Shown: positions 36,724 through 50,159 of the stretch, in pieces | How positions within the stretch are numbered: position 1 is the stretch's first letter | Layout of the letters: each line of letters opens with the position of its first letter | Assembly (NCBI RefSeq): GCF_001447785.1 | Contig: NW_015172042.1 | Span: 375,279 to 439,278 of the forward strand | Direction of reading: 5' to 3' | Origin: Gekko japonicus | Taxonomy: Eukaryota | Length of the DNA: 64,000 nt | Position numbers and translations under genes: made by a program | Notes under the pieces: generated by a model | Databases searched by the model: none | What the model saw: the letters and a program-made list of their open reading frames with translations, nothing else | Told to the model about the DNA's origin: nothing

Positions 36724-38774
36724 GGCCCATTATGCATGCACAGTTTAGTGCAGATTTTCCAAGAAGTACGCCTTTAAACTTGACTTTGGATTCCATTCCC
36801 ACCTTATGCCCCATTCTTTTTCCTCTGCTGTATTCATTCTGCAGCTGCAATGTTTTAAAATGTACCTTTTCTAAATCAGGGTGGAGCGTGACTTGTGACA
36901 TGTGGGGGGTGATGTCCAAAGTTGTTGTTTTTTTAATTTACGTGATTGCCCTATTGCAGCTGCGCAGTAGCACCCAGGAAGTGCATTCCATTTAAATCCT
37001 CATAGTTCAGGTTTTTCACATGCATTTTAGCATAAGTTCCTTAAATGAAAGGGTGCAGAAAGCAAATGGGGGAAATACCACTGTTGAAAATGACCAGACT
37101 TTTTCTGCAACTGAGAAGCAGCTGGGAAGCCCGGTTTGCCATATTGCCGAGCGGTAGGAGATTCTCTGCTGTGTTATCGGCCACTGTGAAAAATGGGAAA
37201 GAGCCACACAATACCCTAATATGGAGGAACATGACGAGTGTACAGAATGGATGGCAGAACCCTCTGGCACTGGCATTGCAAGCTGTGAGAGGGCAGCCAG
37301 CCAGGCTCATTATGCATGTGGGGGGCTGATGGTTCCCCGCAGGTGCAGCTCTGTGCCGTCTCCTCCCATTGCCCAGTTTAAACCGGGTGACAGGAGAGGG
37401 CAGCCCAATTGCCACTGTGTGAACACGCCACCAGGGCCTCTCCCCTTCTCTCCTCCCTGTGGACTGATCAACCGCCAAGGCTTGCAACAGCAGAATTCAT
37501 AAGGTGAGAGAAGGTGCCTGGTGTGCTGCCACTTCTGTCAGCTTCAGGTCTTCCTCTGGTGGTTCTTTGCAGCTCTTCCAGTTTGGTGTATTGGTTTAAG
37601 AGCAGTGGGCTCTGATCTGAAGAACTGGGTTAGATTCCCCACTCCTCCACATAAAGCCAGCTGGGTGACCTTGGGTCAGCCACAGTTCTCTCAGAGCTCT
37701 CTCAGTCTCACCTACCTCACACGGTGTCTGTTGTAGGGAGAGGAAGGGAAGAAGATTGTAAGCCACTCTTGAGACTTTGAGTGAAGGGCAAGGTATAAAT
37801 CCACCTCTTCTTCTTCTTCTTCTTCTTCTTCTTCTTCTTCTTCTTCTTCTTCTTCTCCTTCTCCTCCTCCTCCTCCTCCTCCTCCTCCTCCTCTTCCTAC
37901 CCACCTCCCAGCCCCATCTTCTTTCACCACCAGGGGTGAGACTCTCCGCAGTTTTGAAGTGGCCCCCACCCCGGTGTTCTCGAGTGTGGCCAGTCCTGCT
38001 GTATAGAGATGCTGCCCCCAAGGTGCTGCAATGGCCACCACTCTAGACCACTGGAGAGCGGCAATGCTTTTGAGCTGAGCAGGGGACTCTGACATGTGAG
38101 AAGCCCCCCATGGACAAGGAGCATGACCACGCCTCTTCTTGGAAACAGAAAAGCATGCAGAGACTCAGGCAACCTCGGTGAATGTTCGCCCCACTTGCGT
38201 GCTTTCCCCCCATGCTAGTGCTCTCTTGCCCCACTGGCCATGTTTGCACAGATCCACCCAGAACTGGTTTCAGCAGGGGACCTCAAGGAAACCGTCCTGT
38301 CCTCTTGCCTGCTGCTTTCCCTTTCAGCTGCAGCCATGCTCCCATTGACTGAGGCGGGGGCACTTTCAGTCATTTCTTTTTTTTTTTTACATTGATCTGA
38401 GACTAGCATTAGTCTTATTTTGCTAGACTCAGATTGCTTGTAAACATTTTTTAAAACATAAAACAACAAGGGAATGCTGGAAGATACAGAGTGGGTGGAA
38501 CAACCTGGATGTGAGCATGGGAGTGGCCTATGAGGGGCTGGGGAAAGGGTGGGGAGGAAAAATCTGAAGGAATCTGTATGCTTTTGAATTACCTTTGCCT
38601 TGGAATCAAAGCAAAGGAAAACCCAGCACAAAATCACTCTAAAAAACCCCAGGAAAATAGCGAATGGGAAGCGAACTGAGCTCTGAAAGGGGGGGACGAC
38701 AATGCAGAATAAAAAAGAAAACCCAACAGACATGCATGGTGAAAGCGAGGCAAAACACCCGTGCATAATAGGCC
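36724..38774. mobile_element. Putative PIF/Harbinger-like non-autonomous element
   Basis: Imperfect TIRs ggcccattatgca...tgcataataggcc, flanked by aaa on both sides. Confidence 0.5.
37578..37895 (+). mobile_element. Squam3-like SINE with expanded (TTC)n(CTC)n tail
   Basis: SINE head plus about 90 bp of microsatellite at 37806-37895. Confidence 0.87.
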
Positions 38775-39297
38775 AAAGTTATAAAACACAGGGGAGAACA
38801 AGGGGCCTCCCTGGTACGACTAAGCAGCATCTCTTTCCTAAAATTCTTCCAAGTGGAGAATTGGGAATGATTCAAGTTAAAAATGACAGTGTCCCCTGTG
38901 GCTAGTCAGGCAACTATTAAATTTCTCCAAGAAAAATATTCAAGATAGGGTTTGCTTCAGGATAACATATTTTATCATTTATTACCTTACAGCTATATGC
39001 ATAAAAGAGATATAAGTGCTGCAGACACAGCCTTTGTAAATACAATGACATTTATCCTAAGGCTAAAGGAAGTTGATCTTGCCTAAGGACCAACCAAGAT
39101 GATAAAGGGAGTGGAGCACATTTCCTACGAGAAGAAGCTAAAGAGTCTGGGGAAATATAGAAATATACAGGGGTGGGAAATGACCAAGAGAAGACAGCAG
39201 ACATTTATAAAAGTATACATGGGGTGAAAAAAGTAGGTGCAGAAGACATTTTCTCTCTCTTCCATAATACTAGACTTTGGGTACAGCCAATGAAGTT

Positions 39298-40478
39298 TCG
39301 AAGAGGTAGAGGAACTAGAGATCAAATTGCCAACATTCGCTGGATTATGGAGAAAGCAAGAGAGTACCAGAAAAACATCTACTTCTGCTTCATTGACTAT
39401 GCTAAAGCTTTTGACTGTGTGGATCACAACAAACTATGGCAGGTCCTTAAAAAGATGGGAGTACCAGACCACCTCACATGTCTCTTGGGAAACCTGTATA
39501 AGGGTCAAGAAGCGACAGTTAGAACCAGATATGGAACAACTGATTGGTTTAGCATAGGAAAAGGAGTACGACAAGGATGTATATTGTCGCCTTGCTTATT
39601 TCATATATATGCAGAGTACATCATGCAAAATGCTGGCCTAGATGAATCACAAGTGGGAATTAAGATTGCTGGGGAAAAGATCAACAACCTCAGATATGCA
39701 GACGATACCACTCTGATGGCAGAAAGTGAAGAGGACCTTAAGAGCCTCTTGCTCAGGGTAAAAGAGGAAAGCGCAAAAGTGGGCTTGAAGCTCAACATCA
39801 AAAAAACTAAGATCATGGCATCCGCCCCCATCACTCCTTGGCAAATAGAAGGGGAAGTCATGGAAGTAGTGACAGACTTCACGTTCCTGGGATCCCAGAT
39901 CACCGCAGACTGTGACAGCAGCCATGAAATTAAAAGACGTCTGCTCCTTGGGAGGACAGCGATGGCGAACCTAAACAGCATGATAAAAAGTAGAGACATC
40001 ACCCTGCCAACAAAAGTCCGCATAGTAAAAGCAATGGTATTCCCAGTAGTCATGTATGGCTGCGAGAGTTGGACTGTAAGGAAGGCCGAGCGCCGAAGAA
40101 TAGATTCTTTTGAACTATGGTGCTGGAGAAGACCCTTGAGAGTCCCTTGGACTGCAAGAAGAACAAATCAGTCAATCCTAAAAGAAATCAACCCTGACTG
40201 TTCCCTGGAAGGCCAGATAATGAAACTGAAGCTCAAATACTTTGGCCACCAAATGAGAAGGGAGCACTCACTGGAGAAGACCCTAACGCTGGGAAAGATT
40301 GAAGGTCAAAGAAGACAGGGACGGCAAAAAATGAGATGGTTAGACAGTGTCATAGATGCAACGAACATGAAATTGAGCACACTTCAGAGGACGGTGGAAG
40401 ACCAGAAGGCCTGGCGGGAGCTGGTCCATGGGGTCACGAAGAGTCGGACTCGACTGTGCGACTGAACAACAACAACAA
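39298..40478 (+). mobile_element. RTE-BovB LINE, 5'-truncated, RT frame still open
   Basis: FIDYAKAFD, GVRQGCILSP, LRYADD and VVMYGCESW motifs. (CAA)n tail. TSD aatgaagtt at 39289-39297 and 40479-40487. Confidence 0.96.
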
Positions 40479-42944
40479 AATGAAGTTGAGGTTGCACAAT
40501 AGTGTCAGTATGGACAAGATAAATTACTGATTTATTCAATAAAAGTTAAAGCTTTGTGTAAACTTTATAGTACCACTCTCAAATGACTGTCATGTCACCT
40601 CTTTTACTTTCTTCAAATCCCTTGTGTCCAAAGACCATATGATATCTATAATTAAAATTAACAACAATGCTTTCCCTGTTTATCACTGCATCCAACTTCT
40701 TTCCAGAAGAAGGGCCCTGGCTCAGTGGTCAAACGTTTGCTTTGCAAATTTCTCTGCTATTTCCAGTTCTTTGTAGCAGGTGCTGATAGAGAACATCCTG
40801 TTTCTAAGACCCTAGAACAGAGATAGTCACATGTGGCTTTTGGATATGCCACCTCTGGCTCTTCTGAGCAGTATTCCCAAGTGTAGCACATTTCAGGAAA
40901 GTAGGTGAGGCCATTGTCTGGTGAGGGTTATAGTTGTCAGTTGGTTCTCATCTGAAAACATCTACCACTACATGGATTGGAGGATGGATAAGCTGTGAGC
41001 ATCCTTGATGTAAAGAGACGGAATTAAAACCATCTTGTATTGTATGAGTATCTTTATTAGGAAAGCACACAGGGCACACATTAGTCATGTGGCTCTGTTG
41101 TAGCAAATACGGCTCTCCACAAACCATGGAGTGAGTATCACTATCCTAGAGAATCACTGGATTCCGAGAGGGTAACACAGAACTAGACAGGCCAATGGGC
41201 TGACTCAAGATATGCTTATTTCTCTTCTGTCAAATCTCACATTACAAACTCTTTTGGAGAGGAGCTTGTCTTTTTGTACCACATACTTCAATGGTGTTTT
41301 AACTGTAATTAATAACAACCTGTTTACAAAATGACAATAAGAGTTGGCTGTCTCACAGAGTTCTTGTGACAACACATGATTTAATCAGTGGAAAATTAAA
41401 GTATTTGTATTCTAATAAGTTACTTGCTTGGGTTCTTAAAGACCCCAAATTCCTGCTCAAAGGGAATGTTCTATTTTTTTTAAAACCCTCTTCTGCAGAT
41501 AATTTCAAGACACAGACTTGCTGAAGATGACAGATACCTATCGATATGTAAAATGTAAATTGTGACACAATTCAGACAGAGGCTGTGCAGGAAGGGGGAA
41601 AATACTTAACCCCTCCACTTCCCCTTTGGTTTTGCTAAACAAAACCAATGTGCTTTTATTATAATTTGAAAGACAAAAAATGGGATTTTCAAGGGGATTG
41701 ACATAATTTCAGTACCCTTTAGTAATACAACCAATCCAGAAGTTATCACACTTATTACAGTTTCAATCTTTTGAGAAGGCAATATATTCTTATTTTTTTC
41801 TGTTTTAGCAAAGAAAGTGACTTAGAATTAAAGCTGTCTCCTAAATGGGTGTTGTTTCTTTATTCTTCTTATACCTATACAGCCCTTTCCAGAGGAAAAT
41901 TCCAGTAATTGTTCCCAGAGGAGTTCCTTTGTATGACAGTAGAATTGTCTGCATTCAAGATCACACAGTAATAAAAAGAAATGTTAATTTAATGATACAA
42001 CAAAGATGCTGTGCATCAGATGCAGAGGCTTTAAAGTAAGAAAGACAGTCATAGCTCAGTGGTAGAGTGTGAATGTTGCATGTTGCATGTAGGTCTGTCA
42101 CAGAACACCTCGCTGGCCTCTGAGCATCATCCTGCTTTGGCACTCTGGGAGGCTGAGACACTCAATGGCCATCCCAGGTACACTGCTCTCCCGAGCTCCC
42201 CTGACTCTTGGAACCATTTCTTACTTCTCTCTGAGTATTTATACTACTACCAGCTGACTGAGTAGAGTATTTCCCACTAAGAGAGACACTGCTCTCTTGA
42301 GCCACCCCAACTCCAAGAGGTGTTCCTCATTTCTCTCTGGGTATTTATGTTGCCAGCATCTAGTCAATTAGAATATTTCCCATTAAAAAGGCCAGCACCC
42401 CTAGCACTCTGCCATTTGCAGACTCCACCTAGTGCCTGCCTCTTATGCTTTCATTCTAGTCTCTGGAGGGATGGCATCATCCTCACCATTATTAACAACA
42501 ACAAAAACAACAACAATAATAATAAAATGTCCACAGCAGTTGATTGAGCAAGGTTATAAAGTAAAGGTGCATGCATACAATTCTCTGTCCCTTGTCTGCA
42601 CATACCCTGACTATTGTTATTCTAAGGCAGGTTCCTTAGTCTTAAAGTTTCAGCATTCTATCTGTCATCCATTACCTTACGTCTTTGTCTAGGCCACCTG
42701 ACCCTTTGTTAGCTTCACATAGTAATGATACCCATCAAGGTGGAGCCTACATGCAGGAGCTGCTTCCTCTAAGTTATCCCCAGGTGAAATCACCCCAAAA
42801 TGAACCATGCATTCCGCTCATGTCCAGGAAATGTATTGCCTCTCTTTGTCTCCCCACCACCACTGTGGTTCAGTCCTTCTCTTCATGTCATCTCCCAAAT
42901 CTCTGCCACCTCCTAGGTATCACATTCCTACCAGGGTGAGAGAT

Positions 42945-43793
42945 TGTCATGACCCCCACTGACCAGCTCAGCCATTCAGAGTCAGAATCTTCAGAGGAAG
43001 AGCCCAAGGGCCAAGGCTACCAGCTGAGAAGGACCAGCAGGACCAGGGAGAGCGTAAAATGGCCAAACCATCTGCAGCACCAGAAGCCATCCTGCCTGAG
43101 ATGGTATTTGAGGCCTTGCCACTGGCCCCTGAAATAGTCAACAGGACTCCATTGGACAGAACATGAACCCAGCCCCCCAGGGGACACTACCACTCTGCTG
43201 GAATGATAGAAGGCTCGGTCCTAGGTGGCCCAAAGGAGGCAGAAGTGCTCAACTGGCTGCACACAACCCCATCCCAAAGCCAGAGAACAATAATTTGTCA
43301 CAGGATCCAGCACATGCAGCCACAGGAACTCAACCTGCCAGCAGGGCAGCTGAACCTGATTACTTCCCAGCCTGTTTAGCTAGGGTTGCCAGCCTCCAGG
43401 TGGTGGCTGGAGATCTCCTACTATTACAGCTGCTCTCCAGGCAATGGAGGTCAGTTCACCTGGAGAAAATGGCTACTTTGGAAGGTGGAGTTTATGGCAT
43501 TATACCCCATTTGAGTCTGTCCCCTCCCCAAACCCCATGATCCTCAGGCTCCATCCCCAAAACCTCCAGGTATTTCCCAACCCAGAGCTGGCAACCCTAT
43601 ATTGAGCCAAGGCTTGAGGAAACTTTCCTTGCTGGATCTTCCCGTCTACTAGGTGCAAGCCTGTGTGCCAGCTCTCTGTCTCCACTTCCTTGCCTTCAAT
43701 TCTAGCTCCAGGCTACCAGCACCTTGTCATTCTAGACCTGAGGGCACTGCTCTAGAGGAGAACTGACTGAGTTTGCCTGCAAAGCACTGGACA
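42945..43793. mobile_element. Solo LTR with nested MITE
   Basis: tgtc...gaca termini with perfect 5-bp TSD gagat. Confidence 0.75.
43381..43599. mobile_element. hAT-type MITE (TAGGGTTGCCA family)
   Basis: Perfect 11-bp TIR. TSD tgtttagc/tattgagc. Confidence 0.9.
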
Positions 43794-44268
43794 GAGATGG
43801 CCCTTTGATCATTCTCTCCTGGCTAGAAGCATTTGTGTAAATACTAGGTGCTTCTGAAAGCCACCAATAAGATGGGGGAGGGCTTGAAAGCAATGAACTG
43901 TTATCCTGCTTCCTGTCCTTGTACTGACAGAGAAACTTCTTGGAATGAATGTGGTGGTTTTGCAGCCCCAAAACTGTACCTAGTGTGATGTAGCCCAAAC
44001 TGAGGTGCATTTCTCCACAAGGGTTGACATTCAATCCCTAGCAAAAATGAGAAAGGCTTTTGCCCGAGATCTGCTGCCCACTGGACTCAGCCTGGAGGCT
44101 TTTTCTTGTATGTTTTCAAGTGTAACTTCTTCTACTCCTTACTCCAGCTTCATCTAATCCAGACCTTTAATCTGTTTCTTTTATTCCACTGTTGTGTGAC
44201 ATACCTAGAGACAGATGGGGGGAATGGTAGATAAAGGACTGGGGGGGAAAACCTGCTGCTTGCAGGTT

Positions 44269-44331
44269 CTTTATATTGCTGCTTGCAGCCGCCCAATCCT
44301 TTATATTGCTGCTTGCAGCCGCCCAATCCTT
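44269..44331. repeat. 30-bp tandem duplication
   Basis: ctttatattgctgcttgcagccgcccaatc occurs twice. Confidence 0.95.
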
Positions 44332-44905
44332 GGGCTTCTCTTTCTGATGTTGTATTTGGTAATCAAATTAAAGTAGGTCAGAGGAAAAGCAAATTCTTGA
44401 GATAGCATTATTACGGTATTTTAATAAGAAACTCTTAGTTCTGGCACAAGCATCCTAGTTCTATTGTATATTGAGTTAAGGAATTCAGTACAACTCAGCT
44501 CACAATACTTGATGAAAATGCATTTAATACATAAAAATATTTTAATATGGGCCAATGTTTAAGGGGTTTAAACATTATTTTTTAAAACAATCTGACTTTT
44601 TTTTCTGTCCTGAAAATAATATTGAAAGGCACTACCATGAAAAGTTTGGATACTGACATTTAATGTATTTGTTAATCTGTTAAAACTTTCAGAGGTCTTC
44701 TATTTTCCATAACACTTTAAATAACATTATAACAGAAGCATAAGGCTCTTGGCTTCTGAAAGAGATGTAAATGCCTCTATGATCAATTATTATTTTTCAG
44801 CATATTTGGAACCCTGCCATTAGCCCAGAACAATAGAGAAGACATACCCCGTTTCTGTCCCAGAAGGCTCAGGGAAGAGGTGGGGGCACTTTTATTAATA
44901 ATAAT

Positions 44906-44950
<45 letters not shown>

Positions 44951-45119
44951 TTCGATTTATTAATCACTTTCCCCACAAGTGGGCTCAAAGTGATTTACAG
45001 TTACACTTTTAGACAGGGGACTAACAATGTTTCATAGGGGATAGGAAAGACAACATATAATTCATTTTTTTTAATTGCACATGCTGTAACTGCACGGTAG
45101 AAACATCTCTGGCTTGTAT

Positions 45120-45490
45120 CAGTCATGTCCTGAACGGCTGCGTTGACCAGCTTGATGACGTTGGGGCTTCAGGATCCGTATGTCGTATCGCCACACTGCC
45201 ACTGCCTGGCCGGTGCATCCCACTGCAGGGATTTTTGTAGCCGAGTAGTTTCTTCCGCCTTTCTGATCCTGGAGCAGGACATCCCAACCGACAGCTAACA
45301 CCTTCCCACAGGGGAGTTGGTGTGCCCACCCTCTCTAAGGAGTGGTTCCCATTTTATCTACTCACCGAGGCTTTCGAATCGCTGGGTGGACGATGAGCTG
45401 GGGACAACAGGCTGGCTGCTCACACCAGCGCGGGGCTCGAACTGACACAGTTCGGATGTTAAGACAGTGGGATAGATCCACTGTGCCACC
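45120..45490 (-). mobile_element. Sauria-related SINE variant
   Basis: Minus strand ggtggcacagtgg...ttcgagcc head and gattcgaaagc...gtagataaaatgggaaccac core. Confidence 0.55.
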
Positions 45491-45538
45491 ACTCCCCTAT
45501 TGTGCCATACTAAGTTATGAAGCAGGCTGAAGCAGTAA

Positions 45539-45757
45539 TAGGGTTGCCAGCTGCAGGCTGGGAAATACCTGGGGATTTTGGGGGTGGAGCCTGAGGAGGG
45601 TGGTGTTTGGGGAAGGGAGAGACTTCAGTGAGATACAATGCCATAGAGCCCACCTTCCAAACTGGCCATTTTCTCCTGGTGAACTGATCTCTGTCACCTG
45701 GAGATCAGTTGTAATGGTGGGAGATTTCCAGCCATTACCTGGAGGCTGGCAACCCTA
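45539..45757. mobile_element. hAT-type MITE (TAGGGTTGCCA family)
   Basis: TIRs. TSD agcagtaa/agcagtac. Confidence 0.92.
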
Positions 45758-47623
45758 AGCAGTACTAGTCTAATCCTAGACAGAGTAACATTCTTCTAAA
45801 TCCATTGAACATTTATGGGATTTAGAAGGTTGTCACTCTGTTTACAATTGTACTGTAATACCTGTTCTGTCAAGCTCAATGCAGATGAGAGACCTCCCCT
45901 ATCTCAAGTCATTTAAACATGCTAAAGATCTCAGGGGAGGATGAGTATTAGGTATCATATCATACTCAGCTTCATAATAAGCAGAAATGCTGGCAGTCTC
46001 CAAGGCTCAGAGCGACAGGGGAGAATCCCTCCAATTGTCTTCAGTTCTAGAGAACTCAGGAGAAGGGAATGTGTGCTATTCTTGTGTCATGGGTCCGGCA
46101 GGGGTTCTCACTAGAAATCATGGGGCAACTACAGTTTATAGAAGATAAATGTACATAGCTGCATTGAATGCTAAAAGGTAACCAGAAGAACAACTACCTG
46201 AGCCCTCAGAGTTTAAAAACTGCATGATATCATATTTATAATGTTTGTCAGGATATTGAAGATCTTTGTCCCTCAGTTCTGTTCTTTCCCAATTAAGTGA
46301 CATGACAGGGGGAACATAATGCAGAAAAAAAAATCTGTTTTATCAGATGTTTCTTTTGCAAAATAATCATGAGCCGCTCTATTGTAAGTGATGGAAACAT
46401 TTGTTTTGTTTCCAGTGCCTTTCAATATTATTTTCAGGACAGAAAAAAAAGTCAGATTGTTTTAAAAAATAATGTTTAAACCCCTTAAACATTGGCCCAT
46501 ATTAAAATATTTTAATATATTAAATGCTTTTTCATCAAGTACAATTTAAGGCAAAGGGAGGTGGGAAGGAACACATTTTAAAGCTTCTAGAATTTAGTAT
46601 AAAATGGCTGCTGCCTAATCACCTCAGAGTTTATACATTTAAGATATTTTATACAGCCTTTATAGGTGTTTGAAAAATAACATTATCAAAGATATAAACT
46701 AAAACAAAAATTCTAAAAACCCAATTCATTCCGCCCTTCAGAACAAAAACATAGACAGAACATAACCTGAACAGAAGTTGACAATTAAAATACTATCTGA
46801 TAAAGAAATGCTTTGCATCCTTTCTGGAAATTTGGGGAAGTTTCCAGAAAGCAGTTCAACATTATGGGCCCTGTTACAGTAAATGACTTGCTTTCCGGCT
46901 CTTATTCTCACCTGATATAGTGACGACAACCCAGCAAGTAGGACCTTAATTGGCATGTGCTCTTATTACTCATATTCCCTCTCATACTGCAGCCTTTTCC
47001 AATCTTCCCATCACAATGCTAGCTTCCTTGGTCTTTCTTAATGGTTTAAGGTAATTTCTTCGAAACCAATCCCTCAGTGTTCTTCCAGAATGGATCCTGC
47101 TATACTCTCAGATCTGGAGTGATAGTGTCCCCTGTCAGGACCTCACAAAGGAAGTGTCAATATTTAAAAAGCTCCTTTACTTTGGGTATCTTTTCCCATT
47201 AGACAAGAAAACAACCTTGATCCCCCCACAGAATGTAAACTGAGCCCTGTGAGCACTGGAAAACGAAGTCCTTGTCCTACCATATCTTCCCTGAGGAGTT
47301 GTTGCTTTCATATTTCCAGATCTCTGGGCCAGTTCAGAAATGGTGCATCTCCTAAGCAAGCTAATAATATCATTCTCCCTTGAAAACTTTCTTGCTTACA
47401 ACAGTCACTCCTATTCATACTTCTTCCTTTGAATTAAGGATTTGACTTCTTGTGCTTTTCTCCCTCTTTGACAGGAAGTTCTTCCTACCAGTTTCTCCTT
47501 TTCTTTTAGTATTTCAGAATAAGAGGAAATTCTGTGCATGATATTCTCCGAAGCGACACATTCTGTATTGTAGGGCTGTGGAACATATCCCTTTCCTTGC
47601 AGTGGGCACTGCATACCCTTTAT

Positions 47624-48004
47624 CAGGGCTATTTTTGGGCAGGAACGTACAGGAACGGAGTTCTGGCTGGCTCCCGAGTTGGCCACACCCAGCAGGAACT
47701 CATTAGCATAATAGGCCACACCCAACAGCAGGAACTCATTAAGATTGGCTACAATTAGGGGTGTATGACCTAACTTGCAAAAAGCCCTGGGTTTTGGCAA
47801 CAAACAAGGTAAACAGAATAAGAAGCAAAAGGTGGGTGTGGCTGGATGACCATACATCTGGTAACATGGGGTGTGTGGCCTAATATGCTAATGAGCTGTA
47901 TTGTCATGGGTGTGGCCTAATATGCTAATGAGTTTCTGCTGTTGGGTGTGATCTATTATGCTCATGAGTTCCTGCTGGGCTTTTTCTACAAAAAAAAAGG
48001 CCTG
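47624..48004. mobile_element. hAT-type MITE (CAGGGC TIR) with repeated ATGCTAATGAG motifs
   Basis: Perfect TSD ccctttat. Confidence 0.88.
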
Positions 48005-49060
48005 CCCTTTATAATTTTCCTTCTATCAACTCTAAGGATGCTGCTTATCATTCCACTACAAATCCCAGTCTCTTCAAAATCTTCTCCCACTAGAAAGAAA
48101 GTGAACTTTCCTTTCCAGCTGTCTCATATTCCTGGTTGGCATCTTCCATGCTTTACTGCATCTCATTCTAGAGGGCAGCTGCTCTAGCTCAGACGCTGTC
48201 AGCCGTGCCCTCCAGAATAGAGTGTTTCTTAAGTCACAAGCAAGACAAGAAAGAAATGTTGAAAAAGGCTGTGAGAAGGCAAAAAGAGCAGTTGTAGAAA
48301 TATTTGCACAATATTTATTTGAAAGGGCAAATTACTGAATCATTAGTGCCCTGCAATGCAAACTGTGCCTTATAAATATTAGATTGAAATTATCTTTGTG
48401 GCATAAGCTATCTTGGTTGGTGATGAAATGAGACTGGCTAAAGCTTTCTCAGCGAATAGAGACTGGGGTATGTGTGTTGTTTGTACATCACAGTTTATGA
48501 TTTGCGCTTAATTTATGATGCTTGCCTCAGGGGGGCATTTTTACAGCCAAGCATAAGCTTGTTTTGCCTTAATAGAACAAACAAGATTTTCACTCACCAG
48601 TGTATTCATGGCAGGCCAACTCATTAATTTATAGTGTGTGGGGGGGGGGCTTGTGTGATTTTTTTTGCACAAAATGGCATGGGCTGAAAGGGAATTGTGA
48701 CATTGGACTGGGAAGAAAGTGGATCCAAAGGGACCTAGCATTTCAGTTCTGATTTGTAGTGTGCTCTTTCTCAAGGACCCAGGACAGATCATGACGGTTC
48801 AGGAGCTGTAAGGCAGCCAACCTAGTAGCAATTTTATTTTTCATTGTTTTTATTTTTGTGTGTGTGATGTGGGATGGAGCTATGGCTCAGTGGTAGAACA
48901 TCTGCTTTTCATGCAGAACATCTTAAGTTCAGTTCTGGGAAACTCCAGTTAAAAGAATCAGGAAGAGGGTAATCGTAAAGACCTACTTGAGACCTTGGAG
49001 AACTGCTGCCATTCAGAGCAGACAATACTCACCTTGATGGATCTCCTTCATCTGATTTAG

Positions 49061-49345
49061 AGAAGAAGAAGATATTGGATTTATACCCTGCCCTTCACTA
49101 CACGAAGGAGTCTCAGAGTGGCTTACGATCTCCTTTCCCTTCCCCTCCCCACAACAGACACCCTGTGTGGTAGGTGCGGCTGAGAGAGCTCTTGACAGAA
49201 ACTGCTCTTTTTCAAGGACAGCTCTTATCAGAGCTACGGCTTGCCCAAGGTCATCCAGCCAGGTGCAAGTGGAGGAGTGGGGAATCAAACCCGGTTCTCC
49301 CAGATTAGATTCCGCACACTTAACCACTACACCAAACTGGCTCTC
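49061..49345 (-). mobile_element. Squam3-like SINE nested in an older tRNA SINE (from about 48878)
   Basis: Reverse complement of the 29735 family. Flanked by atttag. Confidence 0.87.
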
Positions 49346-50159
49346 TATTTAGTATAATGCAGATTCATGTTTATGTGTACATAAGATATGATTTCTTTTA
49401 GCTTTACAGATATCATTTTAATATTTTCTGGTTTTGTAGTTGTATTTTGTTACTTGGATGTTAGATGCTTTCAGAATCCATGTTAGGTTGACAGACAGGT
49501 ATACATTTGCATATAAACATATAAAGAAAGATACAGTTTATTGTACCCTTACAGTTCCGTGCTGACATGCGAAAGGCCAATTTTGTAAGGTAAGTGTATT
49601 AAGTTAAAGTTATTGGGGTACAATACATAAAAGTCAGTAATTTGAATAGTGTCAATGAGCCCTATGTACTACGGTGCAGAGGTGAATGTAATATGTTGTG
49701 AATGGATCAGTCTGTGAATGAATCACTCTGGGCCAAAGTACTGAATGATAACTGACCAGGTCTAGCCAACAACTAAAAGAAACTATTGTTTTGGAAACTT
49801 ATGAACAGCACTCTTAGATGCTTACCATTATTTGGTTTCACCAAGACTGAAGGTCCCAGAATCATAGATTCAGCCCATAAGCAAACCTGTAATGTATAAA
49901 GTGACAAGGTTTCTTTTTAAAAAACATACAATCATTTTTGGGCATTATTCTGGAATCAGCACCTTCAAGATCATGTTATATGTGTCTTGTACCTAAATAA
50001 AGAGAATGACACTGAATAAACCAGAGCAAGGTAAAAAAAAGATATACCTTTATGGGAAATAACCAGAATCCTATTCTGTGAACCTTCCTTTGCAGGCTGG
50101 GTTTGCTAAAGTTACACCTTCAGATTGGATCACCGACATTGGTCATTCTGGCTCAAACT

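Larger units (their letters stand above)
44506..46541. repeat. 128-bp inverted repeat pair (44506-44633 and 46414-46541), spacer about 1.78 kb
   Basis: The arms are near-perfect reverse complements. Confidence 0.92.

Noticed and set aside
37596-38095. Poly-R, poly-G/E and poly-L ORFs
   Set aside because: These are translations of a SINE-tail microsatellite.
46740-47560. Purine-biased minus-strand stretch as a possible pseudogene or ORF1 remnant
   Set aside because: No recognisable motif. It cannot be supported without a blastx search.
48878-48950. tRNA gene (also the Squam3 heads)
   Set aside because: Degenerate SINE heads with no intact cloverleaf.
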